From the NCBI GenBank assembly GCA_030432735.1, contig JAUIMK010000002.1, positions 1 through 51,080 of the forward strand: a stretch of DNA of 51,080 nucleotides. The letters run 5' to 3'. Position 1 is the first letter of the stretch; each line of letters opens with the position of its first letter. Below the pieces are notes generated by a model that saw nothing but the letters and a program-made list of their open reading frames with translations, was not told where the DNA came from and searched no databases. Source of the DNA: a bacterium (GTDB lineage: Bacteria > Myxococcota_A > UBA9160 > UBA4427). The position numbers were made by a program, and so were the translations under genes. This document shows positions 1 to 9,357 of the stretch, piece after piece.

Positions 1-222
1 CCAGGGCAGATCCGCGAGGCCGCGATAACCCTGGAAGCGCTGGATCCCGAAGGGCCCCCGACCCGTTCGACGCGCCTCCTCCTCGCGCTGGCGGGCGAGG
101 GAGGCGCGGTCCACGTCGGTGTAGGGGCGCCGCTCGCTGCAGCCCGCGAGGCCGAGGGTCGCGGCGCCGAGGGCGCCTCCGGTCGTGCGTAGGAAGTTCC
201 GACGGTCGAGGCGAGTGGGCAT
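1..222 (-). CDS. Partial (N-terminal 74 codons only) Tat-signal lipoprotein of unknown function; the gene runs off the left edge
   Basis: Reverse-strand translation from ATG (cat at 220-222) gives MPTRLDRRNFLRTTGGALGAATLGLAGCSERRPYTDVDRASLARQREEEARRTGRGPFGIQRFQGYRGLADLPW. It has a twin-arginine motif (DRRNFL), a hydrophobic core and an LAGC lipobox. It is absent from the ORF track because there is no stop codon in the window. Confidence 0.5.
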   Translation of the reverse strand, partial: MPTRLDRRNFLRTTGGALGAATLGLAGCSERRPYTDVDRASLARQREEEARRTGRGPFGIQRFQGYRGLADLPW

Positions 223-455
223 GGTTCGAAGGGTACGGCTTCCGCGCCCGCCGCGTCACGGGTGACGTCCGCGGTTCGCCTCGCCCGCCCCGTCCCGGAC
301 GTCGCCGCCGGGACGCCCCGCCCACCCGTCGCGTCCCGCGGCGTCGCGGGCTCGTGTCGCTAGACTCGGTCGCTTGATTTCGCGGGTTGCGAGACGCGCC
401 CGTTCCCTCAACGCCTTCCGGGCTCCGCGCGCCGGACCCGTCGACAGGAGAAGCC

Positions 456-1301
456 ATGAGCCCCGTACGCGAAGAGAACCTGATCCTCTGCAATGCGCCG
501 CTGGTCGGAGGCGCGATGGACGTCACCGCCGAGCAGGTGAAGTCGATCGTCGATGCGACGGCGGACGCGGGCTGGAGCGGTGTCTCGCTCTGGGCCTTCC
601 ATCACCTGGCGGCGGTCGGTGCCGGCAAGAGCCCGGAGGAGGTGAAGGCCTGGCACGACGATCGCGGACTCTCGGTCCCGGTCGTCGAGTCGCTGATCGG
701 CTGGGAGGGCGGCGACGAATCGGCGATCGCCGAGCAGTGCGGCGGGACCTTCGAGGTCGCGAGCTTCTACGGCGCACAGGCGGTGGCCGGCGTCGTGATG
801 GGGCCGGAGCTCGATCGCGCCGCCGCCGCGAAGGGGCTCGCGCTCCTCGGCAAGATGGGCGCGGACCGCGGCATGAAGGTCTGCATCGAGTGGCTCCCCT
901 GGAGCGGACTGCCGACGATCAAGGCCGCCTGGGAGCTCGTGCAGGAGGCCGGCGGTGACAACATCGGCCTCGTCTTCGACACGTGGCACTGGCTCCGTCA
1001 GCCCGGCGGTCCCGATCCGGACACGCTCCGCCAGGTGCCCGGCGATCGCATCCACTGCGTGCAGCTCGACGACACGACGGCGAAGGGCACGGGCGAGGAC
1101 CAGATGATGGAGTCGATGACGAATCGTCTGCTGCCGGGCGACGGCGAGGTCGACTGGCCGAACGTGCTCTCGCTCCTCGACGAGATCGGCGCGGATCCGA
1201 TCTGGGCGCCGGAAGTCTTCAACGTCGGGCTGATGCAGGAAGGACCGGTCGAGATGGCGCGCAAGACGCGCGAGGCCACGCGCAAGGTGCTCGGGCTCTA
1301 G
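456..1301 (+). CDS. Sugar phosphate isomerase/epimerase (xylose-isomerase-like TIM barrel) family protein
   Basis: From ORF 387..1301. I trimmed the start to ATG 456 (MSPVREENL...) because AGGAG lies at 446-450. The sequence has the family look (KVCIEWLPW, VFDTWHW, IHCVQLDD, GDGEVDW). Confidence 0.75.
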   Translation: MSPVREENLILCNAPLVGGAMDVTAEQVKSIVDATADAGWSGVSLWAFHHLAAVGAGKSPEEVKAWHDDRGLSVPVVESLIGWEGGDESAIAEQCGGTFEVASFYGAQAVAGVVMGPELDRAAAAKGLALLGKMGADRGMKVCIEWLPWSGLPTIKAAWELVQEAGGDNIGLVFDTWHWLRQPGGPDPDTLRQVPGDRIHCVQLDDTTAKGTGEDQMMESMTNRLLPGDGEVDWPNVLSLLDEIGADPIWAPEVFNVGLMQEGPVEMARKTREATRKVLGL

Positions 1302-1362
1302 TCGCTCGGCGAGGCTCCGCGCGCTCGGCGCGTGCAGTCCGCAGCCGCCCGCTGGGCGCGGT

Positions 1363-2934
1363 TCAGCGTCGAAGGCGGAGCCGGTCGGCCAGTCGGCGCA
1401 CGAGCGCGCTCGCGTCGGTCGCTTCGTCCACGACGCCGAAGACGTAGCGGTCGGGGCGGACGAGGGCGCACGGGGCGTGGTCGAAGACGCGGTCGAGCGT
1501 GCCTTCGACGACCTCGAAGGCGTCGAGGGCGACGCGGCGAAGGCCGATCGTCTCCGCGATCCCGCCCGCCTCCGCGTCGAGGGCGACGTCCGAATCGGTC
1601 CGGCCGACGAGCGCGAAGTCCGGTCCGAGCGCCTCGTCGAGCCGAACCGCCGGTCCGTCGCTTCCGTGCCGGCGTACGCGAGGCTGGCGGAGCGGCTCGC
1701 CGATCGGGATGCCTTCGCGGCGCTGCGATTCGTCGAGGACGCCGCCGGCGATCGGAATCGCGAGGCGGCCGTCGCCGATGTCGAGGCTCGGCTTCCAGCC
1801 CGGGTGCGGCGCGGGCTGGCCGGCCTCCTGCGCGGCGAGGGTCTCCATCAGCTTCCCGATGTCGCAGGCTCCGTCGACGAGGGCGCGGGCGTGGGCGTCG
1901 CGCTCGTCGAAGTAGCTGTCGAGCAGCGCGTCGTCGCAGCGGCCCTCGAGGACGAGCGCGAGCTTCCAGGCCAGGTTGAACGCGTCGCGCAGGCCGCTGT
2001 TCAGGCCCTGGCCCAGGAAGGGCGGCGTCTGATGGGCCGCGTCGCCGGCGATCAGGACGCGGCCTTCGCGCCAACGCTCTGCCGTGGCGGCATGGAACTG
2101 ATAGACCGCGGCGCGGCGGATCGAATAACGCCCCTTCGGCAGCCAACGCTCGAGCAGCGCGTCGATCGCGTCCGGGCGCTCCATCTCTTCGCGGGTCTCG
2201 CCGGGGCGAAGCTGGAACTCCCAGCGTCGGTTCGGATCCTTGACGCAGACGTAGGTCGTGAGTCGCTCCGGATCGCAGACCTGCATGAGCGGCAGCGGCA
2301 GCAGTTCGGTGTCGTCCACGAGGATGTCGACGACGAGCCAGTCCTGGTCGTAGCCGAGGCTCGTCCACGGAATGCCGAGGGTCCGACGGACGAAGCTCGA
2401 AGCGCCGTCGCATCCGATCAGCCAGGGCGCGGTCACCGTCCGTCGGGTGTCGTCGTCGACACCGCGCAGCACGAGCTCCGCGTGGGTGCCGGTGTCGCGC
2501 AGCCCCACGGCTTCCTCGCCGAGAAAGACGTCGATGGCGTCGACCTTCGCGACCTCCTCGCGAAGGAAGGCCTCGAGCTCGGGCTGGTCGAAGAAGGCGA
2601 GGTCGCGCCAGCCGTTGTGCCCCGCGTGGGCTGCCGTCTCGACCCCGAAGAGCTTCTCGTGCTTCGAGTCGGTGAACCAGAGCGCGTCGCCTTCCCGATG
2701 GGGCTGGAGGAGCGCTTCGACCTCGTCGCCGAGCCCGAGGGACTGAAAGAGGCGGCTCGACTCGCCGTCGAAGCCGACGGCGCGGGGGAGCTCGAGGGGG
2801 GCGCTCGAGCGCTCGTGGATCGAGACGCGGAAGCCGCGGCGCGCGAGGAGCAGGGCGGTCGTCGCCGCGACCGGGCCGTAGCCGACGATCGAGACGTCGT
2901 AGTCGCAGTCGTGGGGGCGCGACGGCGTGCTCAT
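1363..2934 (-). CDS. FAD-dependent aromatic-ring hydroxylase, MhpA-like (3-(3-hydroxyphenyl)propionate hydroxylase family)
   Basis: 523-aa ORF. It has an N-terminal GxGxxG motif (VSIVGYGPVAATTALLLARRG), a DG motif (CDGASSFVRR) and a GD motif (GDAAHQTPPFLGQGLNSGLRDAFNLAWKL), all typical of class A flavoprotein monooxygenases. The length and C-terminal extension fit the MhpA type. Confidence 0.85.
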   Translation of the reverse strand: MSTPSRPHDCDYDVSIVGYGPVAATTALLLARRGFRVSIHERSSAPLELPRAVGFDGESSRLFQSLGLGDEVEALLQPHREGDALWFTDSKHEKLFGVETAAHAGHNGWRDLAFFDQPELEAFLREEVAKVDAIDVFLGEEAVGLRDTGTHAELVLRGVDDDTRRTVTAPWLIGCDGASSFVRRTLGIPWTSLGYDQDWLVVDILVDDTELLPLPLMQVCDPERLTTYVCVKDPNRRWEFQLRPGETREEMERPDAIDALLERWLPKGRYSIRRAAVYQFHAATAERWREGRVLIAGDAAHQTPPFLGQGLNSGLRDAFNLAWKLALVLEGRCDDALLDSYFDERDAHARALVDGACDIGKLMETLAAQEAGQPAPHPGWKPSLDIGDGRLAIPIAGGVLDESQRREGIPIGEPLRQPRVRRHGSDGPAVRLDEALGPDFALVGRTDSDVALDAEAGGIAETIGLRRVALDAFEVVEGTLDRVFDHAPCALVRPDRYVFGVVDEATDASALVRRLADRLRLRR

Positions 2935-2984
2935 CCCGAAATCATACGACCGACCCGATCGGGGACAAGAGCGGATCTGCGCGC

Positions 2985-3842
2985 CTAGCGCTGCAGACTC
3001 TCCGCGTCGCCGAGCGGGGCTTCCGGGTTGGTTCCGTCGAGGATGTTCCGCATGCGGCGCTCGACCGGCCCGCGCGTCGACTCGTGGGTCACGATGTAGA
3101 GCCGCTTCGAGAGAATCGCGTCGTGGACCGCGTCGGCGACCCGCGCCGCGGGCATCGCGTTCTCGATGATCACGCGCAGGGCCTTCCCCTGCTCGGAGTC
3201 CTCCAGGGACTGCCTGTCCGCGTCACGAAGCGATTCGGGGCGATTGCGGCCCGAATCCCAGATCCGCGACTGGACGAACGCGGGACAGAGGACCGAGGCG
3301 CCGACGTCGGAGCCCGCGTTGCGAAGGTCCTCGAAGAGGGTCTCGGTCAGCGCGACGACGCCGTACTTCGACACGTTGTAGACGCCCATGTTGGCGCCCG
3401 AGACGAGTCCGGCCATCGAGGCGGTGTTCACGAAGTGGCCTTCGTTCTGCTCGAGCAGGACGGGAGCAAAGGTCTTCACGCCGTGGATCACGCCCCAGAG
3501 GTTCGCGCCGAGGGTGAACTCCCAGTCGGCGATCGAGGCTTCCCAGACCGGTCCCGCGGTCGCCACGCCCGCGTTGTTGCAGACGACGTGGACCGCGCCG
3601 AAGGCGCCCAGGGTCGTGGCGAGGAGCGCCTCGACCGAAGCGAGCTCGGTCACGTCCGTGCGGGCTTCGACGACCTCGGCACCGGTCTCGCGAATCTCCC
3701 CGGCCGCGACTTCGAGGGAGGCGGCCTCGATGTCCGCGAGGACGAGCTTCATCCCCGCCCGCGCGAAGCGGTCCGCCATCGCGCGTCCGATTCCACTCGC
3801 ACCGCCGGTCACGACGGCGACCTTCCCGGCCAGCTCCTGCAT
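2985..3842 (-). CDS. Short-chain dehydrogenase/reductase (SDR)
   Basis: 285-aa ORF. It has the TGGASGIGRA cofactor loop, NNAG, and a catalytic YxxxK (YNVSKYG). It lies 50 nt upstream of the hydroxylase gene on the same strand. Confidence 0.85.
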   Translation of the reverse strand: MQELAGKVAVVTGGASGIGRAMADRFARAGMKLVLADIEAASLEVAAGEIRETGAEVVEARTDVTELASVEALLATTLGAFGAVHVVCNNAGVATAGPVWEASIADWEFTLGANLWGVIHGVKTFAPVLLEQNEGHFVNTASMAGLVSGANMGVYNVSKYGVVALTETLFEDLRNAGSDVGASVLCPAFVQSRIWDSGRNRPESLRDADRQSLEDSEQGKALRVIIENAMPAARVADAVHDAILSKRLYIVTHESTRGPVERRMRNILDGTNPEAPLGDAESLQR

Positions 3843-4022
3843 CGATCGCTCCTCGAGTCACGCGGCCGGGCGCTTCCGGAGGCCGCGACGAGCCGGGATT
3901 CTAGTGGGCGGAACGTCGCGCGGGGATCGAATCGGCGGACGTCGGGTCCGTGGCCGGGCGTGTCGGGGATTCGATTGCCACGCCGGGGGGGATCGAGTAC
4001 CTACGAGGAAGCGGAGTGCCCG

Positions 4023-5210
4023 ATGTTCTTCCTCTTCGATTTCTCGAACTATTTCAAGATGATCCGCCTCGCCTGGAACGAGAAGGTTCCGAAGGCGCGG
4101 CGTTGGTATCTGGCGGTCCTGCTCGTGGGAACGCCGATCATCTCGACCTTTCATGCGATCTGCTTCGCCCTCGACTGGCTCTTCTTCCCGGAGCTCCGGA
4201 AGCTCGAGGTGAAGGCGCCGATCTTCATGGTGGGCCACGCCCGGAGCGGGACGACGCTGACCCACCGGCTGCTCAGTCAGGACTCCGGGCGCTTCAGCTC
4301 CCTCATGCTCTACGAGATGTACTTCCCTTCTCTCCTCCAGAAGAAGTTCATCCGCTGGGTCGCGGAGATCGACCGCGAGAAGTGGCGCGGTCTCCTCGCC
4401 GGCCAGGTCGCCGCGTGGGAGGAGTGGCGCTACGGGCGCATGCGCGGGGCCCACGCGATGGGCCTCACGATGTTCGAAGAGGACGACATCTCGCTCTACT
4501 GGTCGATGGCGTCGGGCTTCTGGATCACCAAGATGCCCTACATGGGCGATCTCGATTTCTACTGGATGAACCGCTGGGCGCCGGAGAAGCGGCGCCGCTA
4601 CAACGACTTCTATCGCGAAGTGATCAAGCGCCAGCTCCTGCTGAACGGCACGGACAAGATCCACCTCGCGAAGAACCCGATGTACTCCGGACGCGTCGCT
4701 TCGCTGATCGAGGCGTTTCCCGACTGCCGGATCATCGTGAACGTCCGCAATCCCCACGAGACGATCCCGAGCCTGCTCAAGCTGATGCGCGGCGGCTGGA
4801 AGGCCCTCGGCTGGGACGAGGCGCAGCAGCAGAAGACCCTCGCCGTCCTGACCGAGCAGTCCTTCCACGACTACACCCATCCGATCGAGACCCTCGAGGC
4901 GCACCCGGAGACCGCCGGCGCGATCGTCGACTATCGCGACCTGACGTCGGATCCTGCGGCGGCGATCGAGAAGGTCTACGAGGACCTCGGCCTCGAGATG
5001 ACCGAGGAGTTCCGCGCCGAGCTCGCCAAGCAGGGCAAGCGCGAGCGGAAGCACACGACGGACCACGAGTACAGCCTCGAGGAGTTCGGGCTCGAGGCCG
5101 ACGCGATCCGGGACCGACTCGGATTCCTCTTCGAACGCTTCGGCTGGGACCCGGAAGAGGGCGGCTCCTCGGCGGACGAGCCCCGAGGCGGGGAGAGCGC
5201 TTCGGCCTAG
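4023..5210 (+). CDS. Membrane-anchored PAPS-type sulfotransferase family protein (paralog 1)
   Basis: Internal ATG 4023 of ORF 3084..5210 (MFFLFDFSNYFKMIRL...). The upstream part of that ORF is antisense to the SDR gene. There is a hydrophobic N-terminal segment (YLAVLLVGTPIISTFHAICFALDWLFF) and a 5'-PSB-like loop (MVGHARSGTTLTHRLL). The C-terminal region is homologous to the second sulfotransferase at 33299 (EYSLEEFGL vs EYSFEEYGL). Confidence 0.85.
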   Translation: MFFLFDFSNYFKMIRLAWNEKVPKARRWYLAVLLVGTPIISTFHAICFALDWLFFPELRKLEVKAPIFMVGHARSGTTLTHRLLSQDSGRFSSLMLYEMYFPSLLQKKFIRWVAEIDREKWRGLLAGQVAAWEEWRYGRMRGAHAMGLTMFEEDDISLYWSMASGFWITKMPYMGDLDFYWMNRWAPEKRRRYNDFYREVIKRQLLLNGTDKIHLAKNPMYSGRVASLIEAFPDCRIIVNVRNPHETIPSLLKLMRGGWKALGWDEAQQQKTLAVLTEQSFHDYTHPIETLEAHPETAGAIVDYRDLTSDPAAAIEKVYEDLGLEMTEEFRAELAKQGKRERKHTTDHEYSLEEFGLEADAIRDRLGFLFERFGWDPEEGGSSADEPRGGESASA

Positions 5211-5232
5211 CGAGCGCGGATCGGGAGGCGGA

Positions 5233-6090
5233 GTGAGCGGATCGACTGGCGGCGTGCTCGATGCCTTCCGACTCGACGGTCGCGTCGCGATCGTGACGGG
5301 CTCGGGCCGCGGAATCGGGGCCGAGACCGCGCGGGTCTTCGCCGAGGTCGGTGCAAAGGTCGTCTGCGTCGCGCGGACGGCGGAGCAGATCGAGGCGACG
5401 GTGGCGGGGATCGAGCGCGCCGGGGGCGAGGGTCTCGCGGTCGCGTGCGATCTGACCGAGGCGGCTTCGGCGGACCGGGTCGTCGAAGCGACGCTCGAAC
5501 GCTTCGGCGGGGTCGACCTGCTCGTGAACAACGCCGGCGGCGGCGGTCACGTCCCGACGAAATACGGTGGGGACGAGCACTTCGAGGCGGCGATCGGGCT
5601 GAACTTCCGGGCGCCCTTCTATCTCACGCGGGCGGTCGCGCCGCACATGCGGGCGCGGGGGGACGGCGCGGTGGTCAACGTCTCCTCGGGCTTCTCGCGC
5701 GCGGCGAACATCGGATCCATCCCCTACGGCGGCGCGAAGGCGGCGCTCGAACAGATGACGCGCATGATGGCGATGGAGTTCGCGCCGGAGGTCCGCGTGA
5801 ACGCGATCCGGGTCGGCGCCGTCACGACCGAGAACATGCGCGAGAACCTGCTGGCCCGGAATCCGGGAATCGGCGAGAAGCTCGAGGCCTGGACCCCGCG
5901 CGGGCGGCTCGGTGCGCCCCGCGACGTCGCGCTCGCCGCGCTCTATCTGTGCAGCCCCGCGGCGGACTACGTGACGGCCCGTATCCTTCCCGTGGACGGG
6001 GGCGTCGTCCTCGAGCGCTCGGCCACCGAGATCATCGAACGTTCGGAACGCCTCGCCGAGGAACGCGCGGCAGGGAGGGGCGAAGCATGA
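5233..6090 (+). CDS. SDR family oxidoreductase
   Basis: 285-aa ORF with a GTG start. It has VTGSGRGIGAE, NNAGGGG and a YxxxK (YGGAKAAL). Confidence 0.85.
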   Translation: MSGSTGGVLDAFRLDGRVAIVTGSGRGIGAETARVFAEVGAKVVCVARTAEQIEATVAGIERAGGEGLAVACDLTEAASADRVVEATLERFGGVDLLVNNAGGGGHVPTKYGGDEHFEAAIGLNFRAPFYLTRAVAPHMRARGDGAVVNVSSGFSRAANIGSIPYGGAKAALEQMTRMMAMEFAPEVRVNAIRVGAVTTENMRENLLARNPGIGEKLEAWTPRGRLGAPRDVALAALYLCSPAADYVTARILPVDGGVVLERSATEIIERSERLAEERAAGRGEA

Positions 6091-6947
6091 GCGACGAACG
6101 GATCAAGGTCGGAGCGAAGAAGGCAAGGGATTTCCGCGAGCGCTACGGCCCGGTCGCCCTGGTGACCGGCGCGGCGCAGGGGATCGGTCGCGCCTTCGCG
6201 AACTCGGTCGCCGCGCGCGGGCTCTCCGTCCTGATGGTCGACGTCCAGGAAGAGGCGCTCGACGCGGCGGCCCGCGAGATCGCCGAGACCTACGAAGTGT
6301 CGACCTGGGCAGTCCGGACGGACCTGGCGCGTCGTGACTTCCTGGGCGGGATCGAGGCGATCGCCTCGCGGGTCGGCCTCGAGGTCGGTCTCGTGATCTG
6401 CAACGCGGCGATCGGTCTCGAGGGCCCCTTCCTCGAAGCCGAGCTCGAAGATCTCCAGCGCGCGGTCGACGTCAACTGTCAGGCGGCCACGACGCTCAGC
6501 CACCACTTCGGACGCGAGATGGCCGAGCGGGGACGCGGCGGACTGATCCTCCTCGCTTCGGGCACGGCGCTCCAGGGCTCGCCGGGCTACGCGAACTACG
6601 CCGCGACCAAGGCCTTCAATCTCGTGCTCGGCGAGAGCCTCTGGTACGAGCTCCAGCCGAAGGGCGTCGACGTGCTCTCGTTCGTACCGGGGCCGACGAA
6701 TACGCCCGGCCTCCGCAAGAGCATGCCGGACCTCGAAGAGGGCGTGGCGGTCGGGCCGGTCGAGCTTCCCGCGTCGACCGCGGAGACGGCCGTCGATGCC
6801 CTCGGCAAGAAGGCGACGGCGGCCCGGGAGCGCCTTCACGCCAATCGGCTGGCGTCTCGCCGGCGAGCCGCGGACGAGTTCGTCGCGAACCAGGAGGCGC
6901 GGCGCGGCCTCGCGAGCGCCGCTCCGCCCGAGACCGACGCGGAGTGA
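6087..6947 (+). CDS. SDR family oxidoreductase
   Basis: Internal ATG 6087 of ORF 5445..6947 (MSDERIKVGAKK...). It overlaps the previous stop as ATGA, which indicates translational coupling. It has VTGAAQGIGRAF and a YxxxK (YAATKAF). Confidence 0.8.
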   Translation: MSDERIKVGAKKARDFRERYGPVALVTGAAQGIGRAFANSVAARGLSVLMVDVQEEALDAAAREIAETYEVSTWAVRTDLARRDFLGGIEAIASRVGLEVGLVICNAAIGLEGPFLEAELEDLQRAVDVNCQAATTLSHHFGREMAERGRGGLILLASGTALQGSPGYANYAATKAFNLVLGESLWYELQPKGVDVLSFVPGPTNTPGLRKSMPDLEEGVAVGPVELPASTAETAVDALGKKATAARERLHANRLASRRRAADEFVANQEARRGLASAAPPETDAE

Positions 6948-7012
6948 CGGCGCGGCGTCGCTGTGCTTCGACGCCGAATGACGCCTCTGATCCATTCTGC
7001 TAACGAACCCGC

Positions 7013-7786
7013 ATGGCGAGTCCCCTCGAAGTCGACACCGACATGCTCGAACTCGAGCACGCCGACCGCGTGCTCACGATCCGGCTGAATCGCCCGGACG
7101 CGCTCAACGCCTTCCGTCCGGAGATGCTCGCAGGCATCGAGGCGCTGGTCGTCGCGGCCGGGACGCGGGACGACGTCGCGGTCATCGTCCTCGAAGGTGC
7201 GGGCCGCGCCTTCTCCGCGGGCGTCGACCTGAAGGTGCTGCAGGGGATCGATCCCAAGGGCGGCAAGATCGGAGACGTCTTCGACCAGCCCGCGCGGGAT
7301 GCCTACCTCGCGATCCGTCACTCGGCGCTCCCGGTGATCGCGAAGGTCCACGGCGCCTGCTTCACGGGCGCCCTCGAGATCGCGCTCCACTGCGACTTCG
7401 TCTTCACGACGAACGACACGAAGTTCGGCGATACGCACGCGAAGTTCGGGCTGCGACCGACCTGGGGCATGAGCCAGACCCTCGCCCAGGCCGTCGGCGT
7501 GCGGCGCGCGAAGGAGCTCTCCTATACGGCGCGAACCTTCCTCGGACCGGAGGCCGTCGCGCTCGGGGTGGCGAACGCCTCGGTCGGGACGAAGGAGGAA
7601 CTCGATGCGCTCGTCGCGAAGCGGGCGGCTTCGATCGCCGCGAACTCGCGCGCGGCCGTCGCCGCCATGAAGAAGCTCTATGCCCTCGCTCAGGAAGGGC
7701 GGGACCTCGAGACGGCGCTCGAGGCCGAGCTCGCCCTCGAGTTCCCCGAGATCGAAGACACGTCGGAGCGGCTCGCCGGATTCTGA
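7013..7786 (+). CDS. Enoyl-CoA hydratase/isomerase (crotonase) family protein
   Basis: 257-aa ORF. It has the crotonase signature LTIRLNRPDALNAF...VIVLEGAGRAFSAGVDL. Confidence 0.85.
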   Translation: MASPLEVDTDMLELEHADRVLTIRLNRPDALNAFRPEMLAGIEALVVAAGTRDDVAVIVLEGAGRAFSAGVDLKVLQGIDPKGGKIGDVFDQPARDAYLAIRHSALPVIAKVHGACFTGALEIALHCDFVFTTNDTKFGDTHAKFGLRPTWGMSQTLAQAVGVRRAKELSYTARTFLGPEAVALGVANASVGTKEELDALVAKRAASIAANSRAAVAAMKKLYALAQEGRDLETALEAELALEFPEIEDTSERLAGF

Positions 7787-7826
7787 TCCGGACCGGCGAG
7801 CCGGGGATCGGTTGGAGAAGAAGCGC

Positions 7827-8723
7827 ATGAAATTCGGAATTCGGATTCCGCCGCCCCAGATGGGCCCGATCGGGGACCCCGACTTCGTCGTCCGCTACTC
7901 GAAGCTGGTCGAGGAGATGGGCTTCGAGTCGATCTGGACGATCGATCACACGGTCATGCACGCGGAGTACGATTCGAGGTACCCGTACAAGACGACCGGC
8001 CGCACGCCCCTTCCGGCAGATTCGAACATGCCGGACCCGTTGATCCTCATGATGCTGATCGCCTCGGCAACGGAACGCCTGCGGATCGGCACGTCGATGC
8101 TGATCCTGCCCCAGCGCCACCCGATCATCCTCGCGAAGGAGGTCGCGACCCTCGATCAGTATTCGAAGGGACGGATCACGCTCGGGGTCGGCGTCGGCTG
8201 GGTGAAGGAAGAGGTCGAGGATCTCGGCCAGAACTTCAACGATCGGGGCAAGCGGGCGAACGAGTGGATCGAGATCCTGCGCGTGCTCTGGAACAACGAC
8301 GTGTCCTCCTTCAAGGGCGACTATTTCGACTTCCAGTCGGTGATCAGCAATCCGAGTCCGGCGCAGCCCGGCGGCGTCCCGATCATGATCGGCGGCCACA
8401 GCGAGGCGGCGGCGCGTCGCGCGGGAACCTACGGCGACGAGTTCTATCCCCACTGGTCGACGCGCGGACCGAACAAGGAGGAGCTCGAGCGGCTCTGGCC
8501 GATCGTGATGGAGTCGGCGGAAGCGGCGGGGCGTCCGCGAGACGCCGTCGGTCTGACGCTCACCAGCACCAGCGACGCGAAGACCGCCCTCGAGACGGCG
8601 GAGTTCTGCCGGGAGCTCGGCGCAGAGCGGGTCGTCGTATTGCCGCCGAAGGGCGAGATCGACGGGACGCTCCCCGACGAGCTGGCGCGCTTCCGCGACG
8701 AGGTGATCGCGAAGCTCGGCTGA
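7827..8723 (+). CDS. Luciferase-like monooxygenase (LLM) class flavin/F420-dependent oxidoreductase
   Basis: Internal ATG 7827 of ORF 7680..8723 (MKFGIRIPPP...). It has the LLM pattern (GFESIWTIDH, RIGTSMLILPQRHPI, ITLGVGVGW, PIMIGGHSEAAARRA). It is a paralog of the gene at 47369. Confidence 0.85.
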   Translation: MKFGIRIPPPQMGPIGDPDFVVRYSKLVEEMGFESIWTIDHTVMHAEYDSRYPYKTTGRTPLPADSNMPDPLILMMLIASATERLRIGTSMLILPQRHPIILAKEVATLDQYSKGRITLGVGVGWVKEEVEDLGQNFNDRGKRANEWIEILRVLWNNDVSSFKGDYFDFQSVISNPSPAQPGGVPIMIGGHSEAAARRAGTYGDEFYPHWSTRGPNKEELERLWPIVMESAEAAGRPRDAVGLTLTSTSDAKTALETAEFCRELGAERVVVLPPKGEIDGTLPDELARFRDEVIAKLG

Positions 8724-8806
8724 CGCATCTCTCGAGTTCACGCATCATCGCGAGCGGACGCATCATTGCGAGCTCACGCACCATCGCACGATCGCACCAT
8801 CGCGAA
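8723..8806 (+). repeat. Degenerate 18-bp tandem repeat, about 4.5 copies (consensus ACGCAYCATCGCGAGCNN)
   Basis: Units by eye: ACGCATCTCTCGAGTTC / ACGCATCATCGCGAGCGG (8740) / ACGCATCATTGCGAGCTC (8758) / ACGCACCATCGCACGATC (8776) / GCACCATCGCGAA (8794). The array starts at the LLM stop codon. Confidence 0.7.
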
Positions 8807-8890
8807 AGGGAACGACAGGATGGAGACGCCGTACGAGGACGGCGCCTCGATGGTCCATGCCCGAACGACGCCCGCCTCGAGGAGGACCCC

Positions 8891-9259
8891 ATGATCAAGC
8901 TCGTCTTCTGTTGCCGCCGCAAGCCGGAGCTCACCCGCGAGGAGTTCCTCGTTCGCTGGAAGGACGTTCACGGCCCGCTCGTGCGGAAGATCCAGGCGTC
9001 CGCGCTGCCGACGATGAAGCGCTACGTCCAGAGCCACTCGCTGCCGGACGAGCTGAGCGCGCCGATCCAGGCGTCCCGCGGCGCGCTCCCGCCCTTCGAC
9101 GGGATCACCGAGGTCTGGTTCGACGATCTCGAATCGATGGGCGGCGACGGGAGCGAGGCGGCGATCGAGGGTGCGAAGGCGCTCCTCGAGGACGAGGCGA
9201 AGTTCCTCGACCTCCCGAACTGCCACGTGTTCCTGACCGAAGAGCACGTGATCTTCTGA
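8891..9259 (+). CDS. EthD domain-containing protein
   Basis: Internal ATG 8891 (MIKLVFCCRRKPELTREEFLVRWKDVHGPLV...) preceded by GGAGGA at 8880-8885. The size (122 aa) and N-terminal pattern are typical of the EthD family. Confidence 0.8.
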   Translation: MIKLVFCCRRKPELTREEFLVRWKDVHGPLVRKIQASALPTMKRYVQSHSLPDELSAPIQASRGALPPFDGITEVWFDDLESMGGDGSEAAIEGAKALLEDEAKFLDLPNCHVFLTEEHVIF

Positions 9260-9357
9260 GCCCGGGTTCACCCCGGATGGGTTGTGTTTCGAGGGGGGAT
9301 TCCGCTCGGACGGGGGGTACCCTCCTGCGACGGCCCGTTCCGGGCAGGAGGAATCCG

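Noticed and set aside
3964-3979. GG-N10-TTGC motif (CGGGGATTCGATTGCC) upstream of sulfotransferase 1 as a second sigma-54 promoter
   Set aside because: The -12 box is good but the -24 box matches only the GG dinucleotide (GGGGA vs TGGCAC). That is too weak to call without a PSSM score or experimental start site.
3084-4022. N-terminal 313-codon extension of the sulfotransferase ORF (and similar extensions of ORFs 5445, 7680, 8264, 8857, 12337, 26141-27871, 29398-30858, 30892-31914, 31751-34402, 33209, 37567, 40106)
   Set aside because: The extensions overlap neighbouring genes on either strand, are low-complexity, and lack an SD. Internal starts with an SD and/or stop-start coupling give proteins of canonical family length.
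9260-9300. Possible intrinsic terminator after EthD (CCGGG-TTCAC-CCCGG followed by GGTTGTGTTT)
   Set aside because: The stem is only 5 bp and the T-rich run is separated from it by 6 nt. The next gene, DUF3604, starts 98 nt downstream and is probably co-transcribed.
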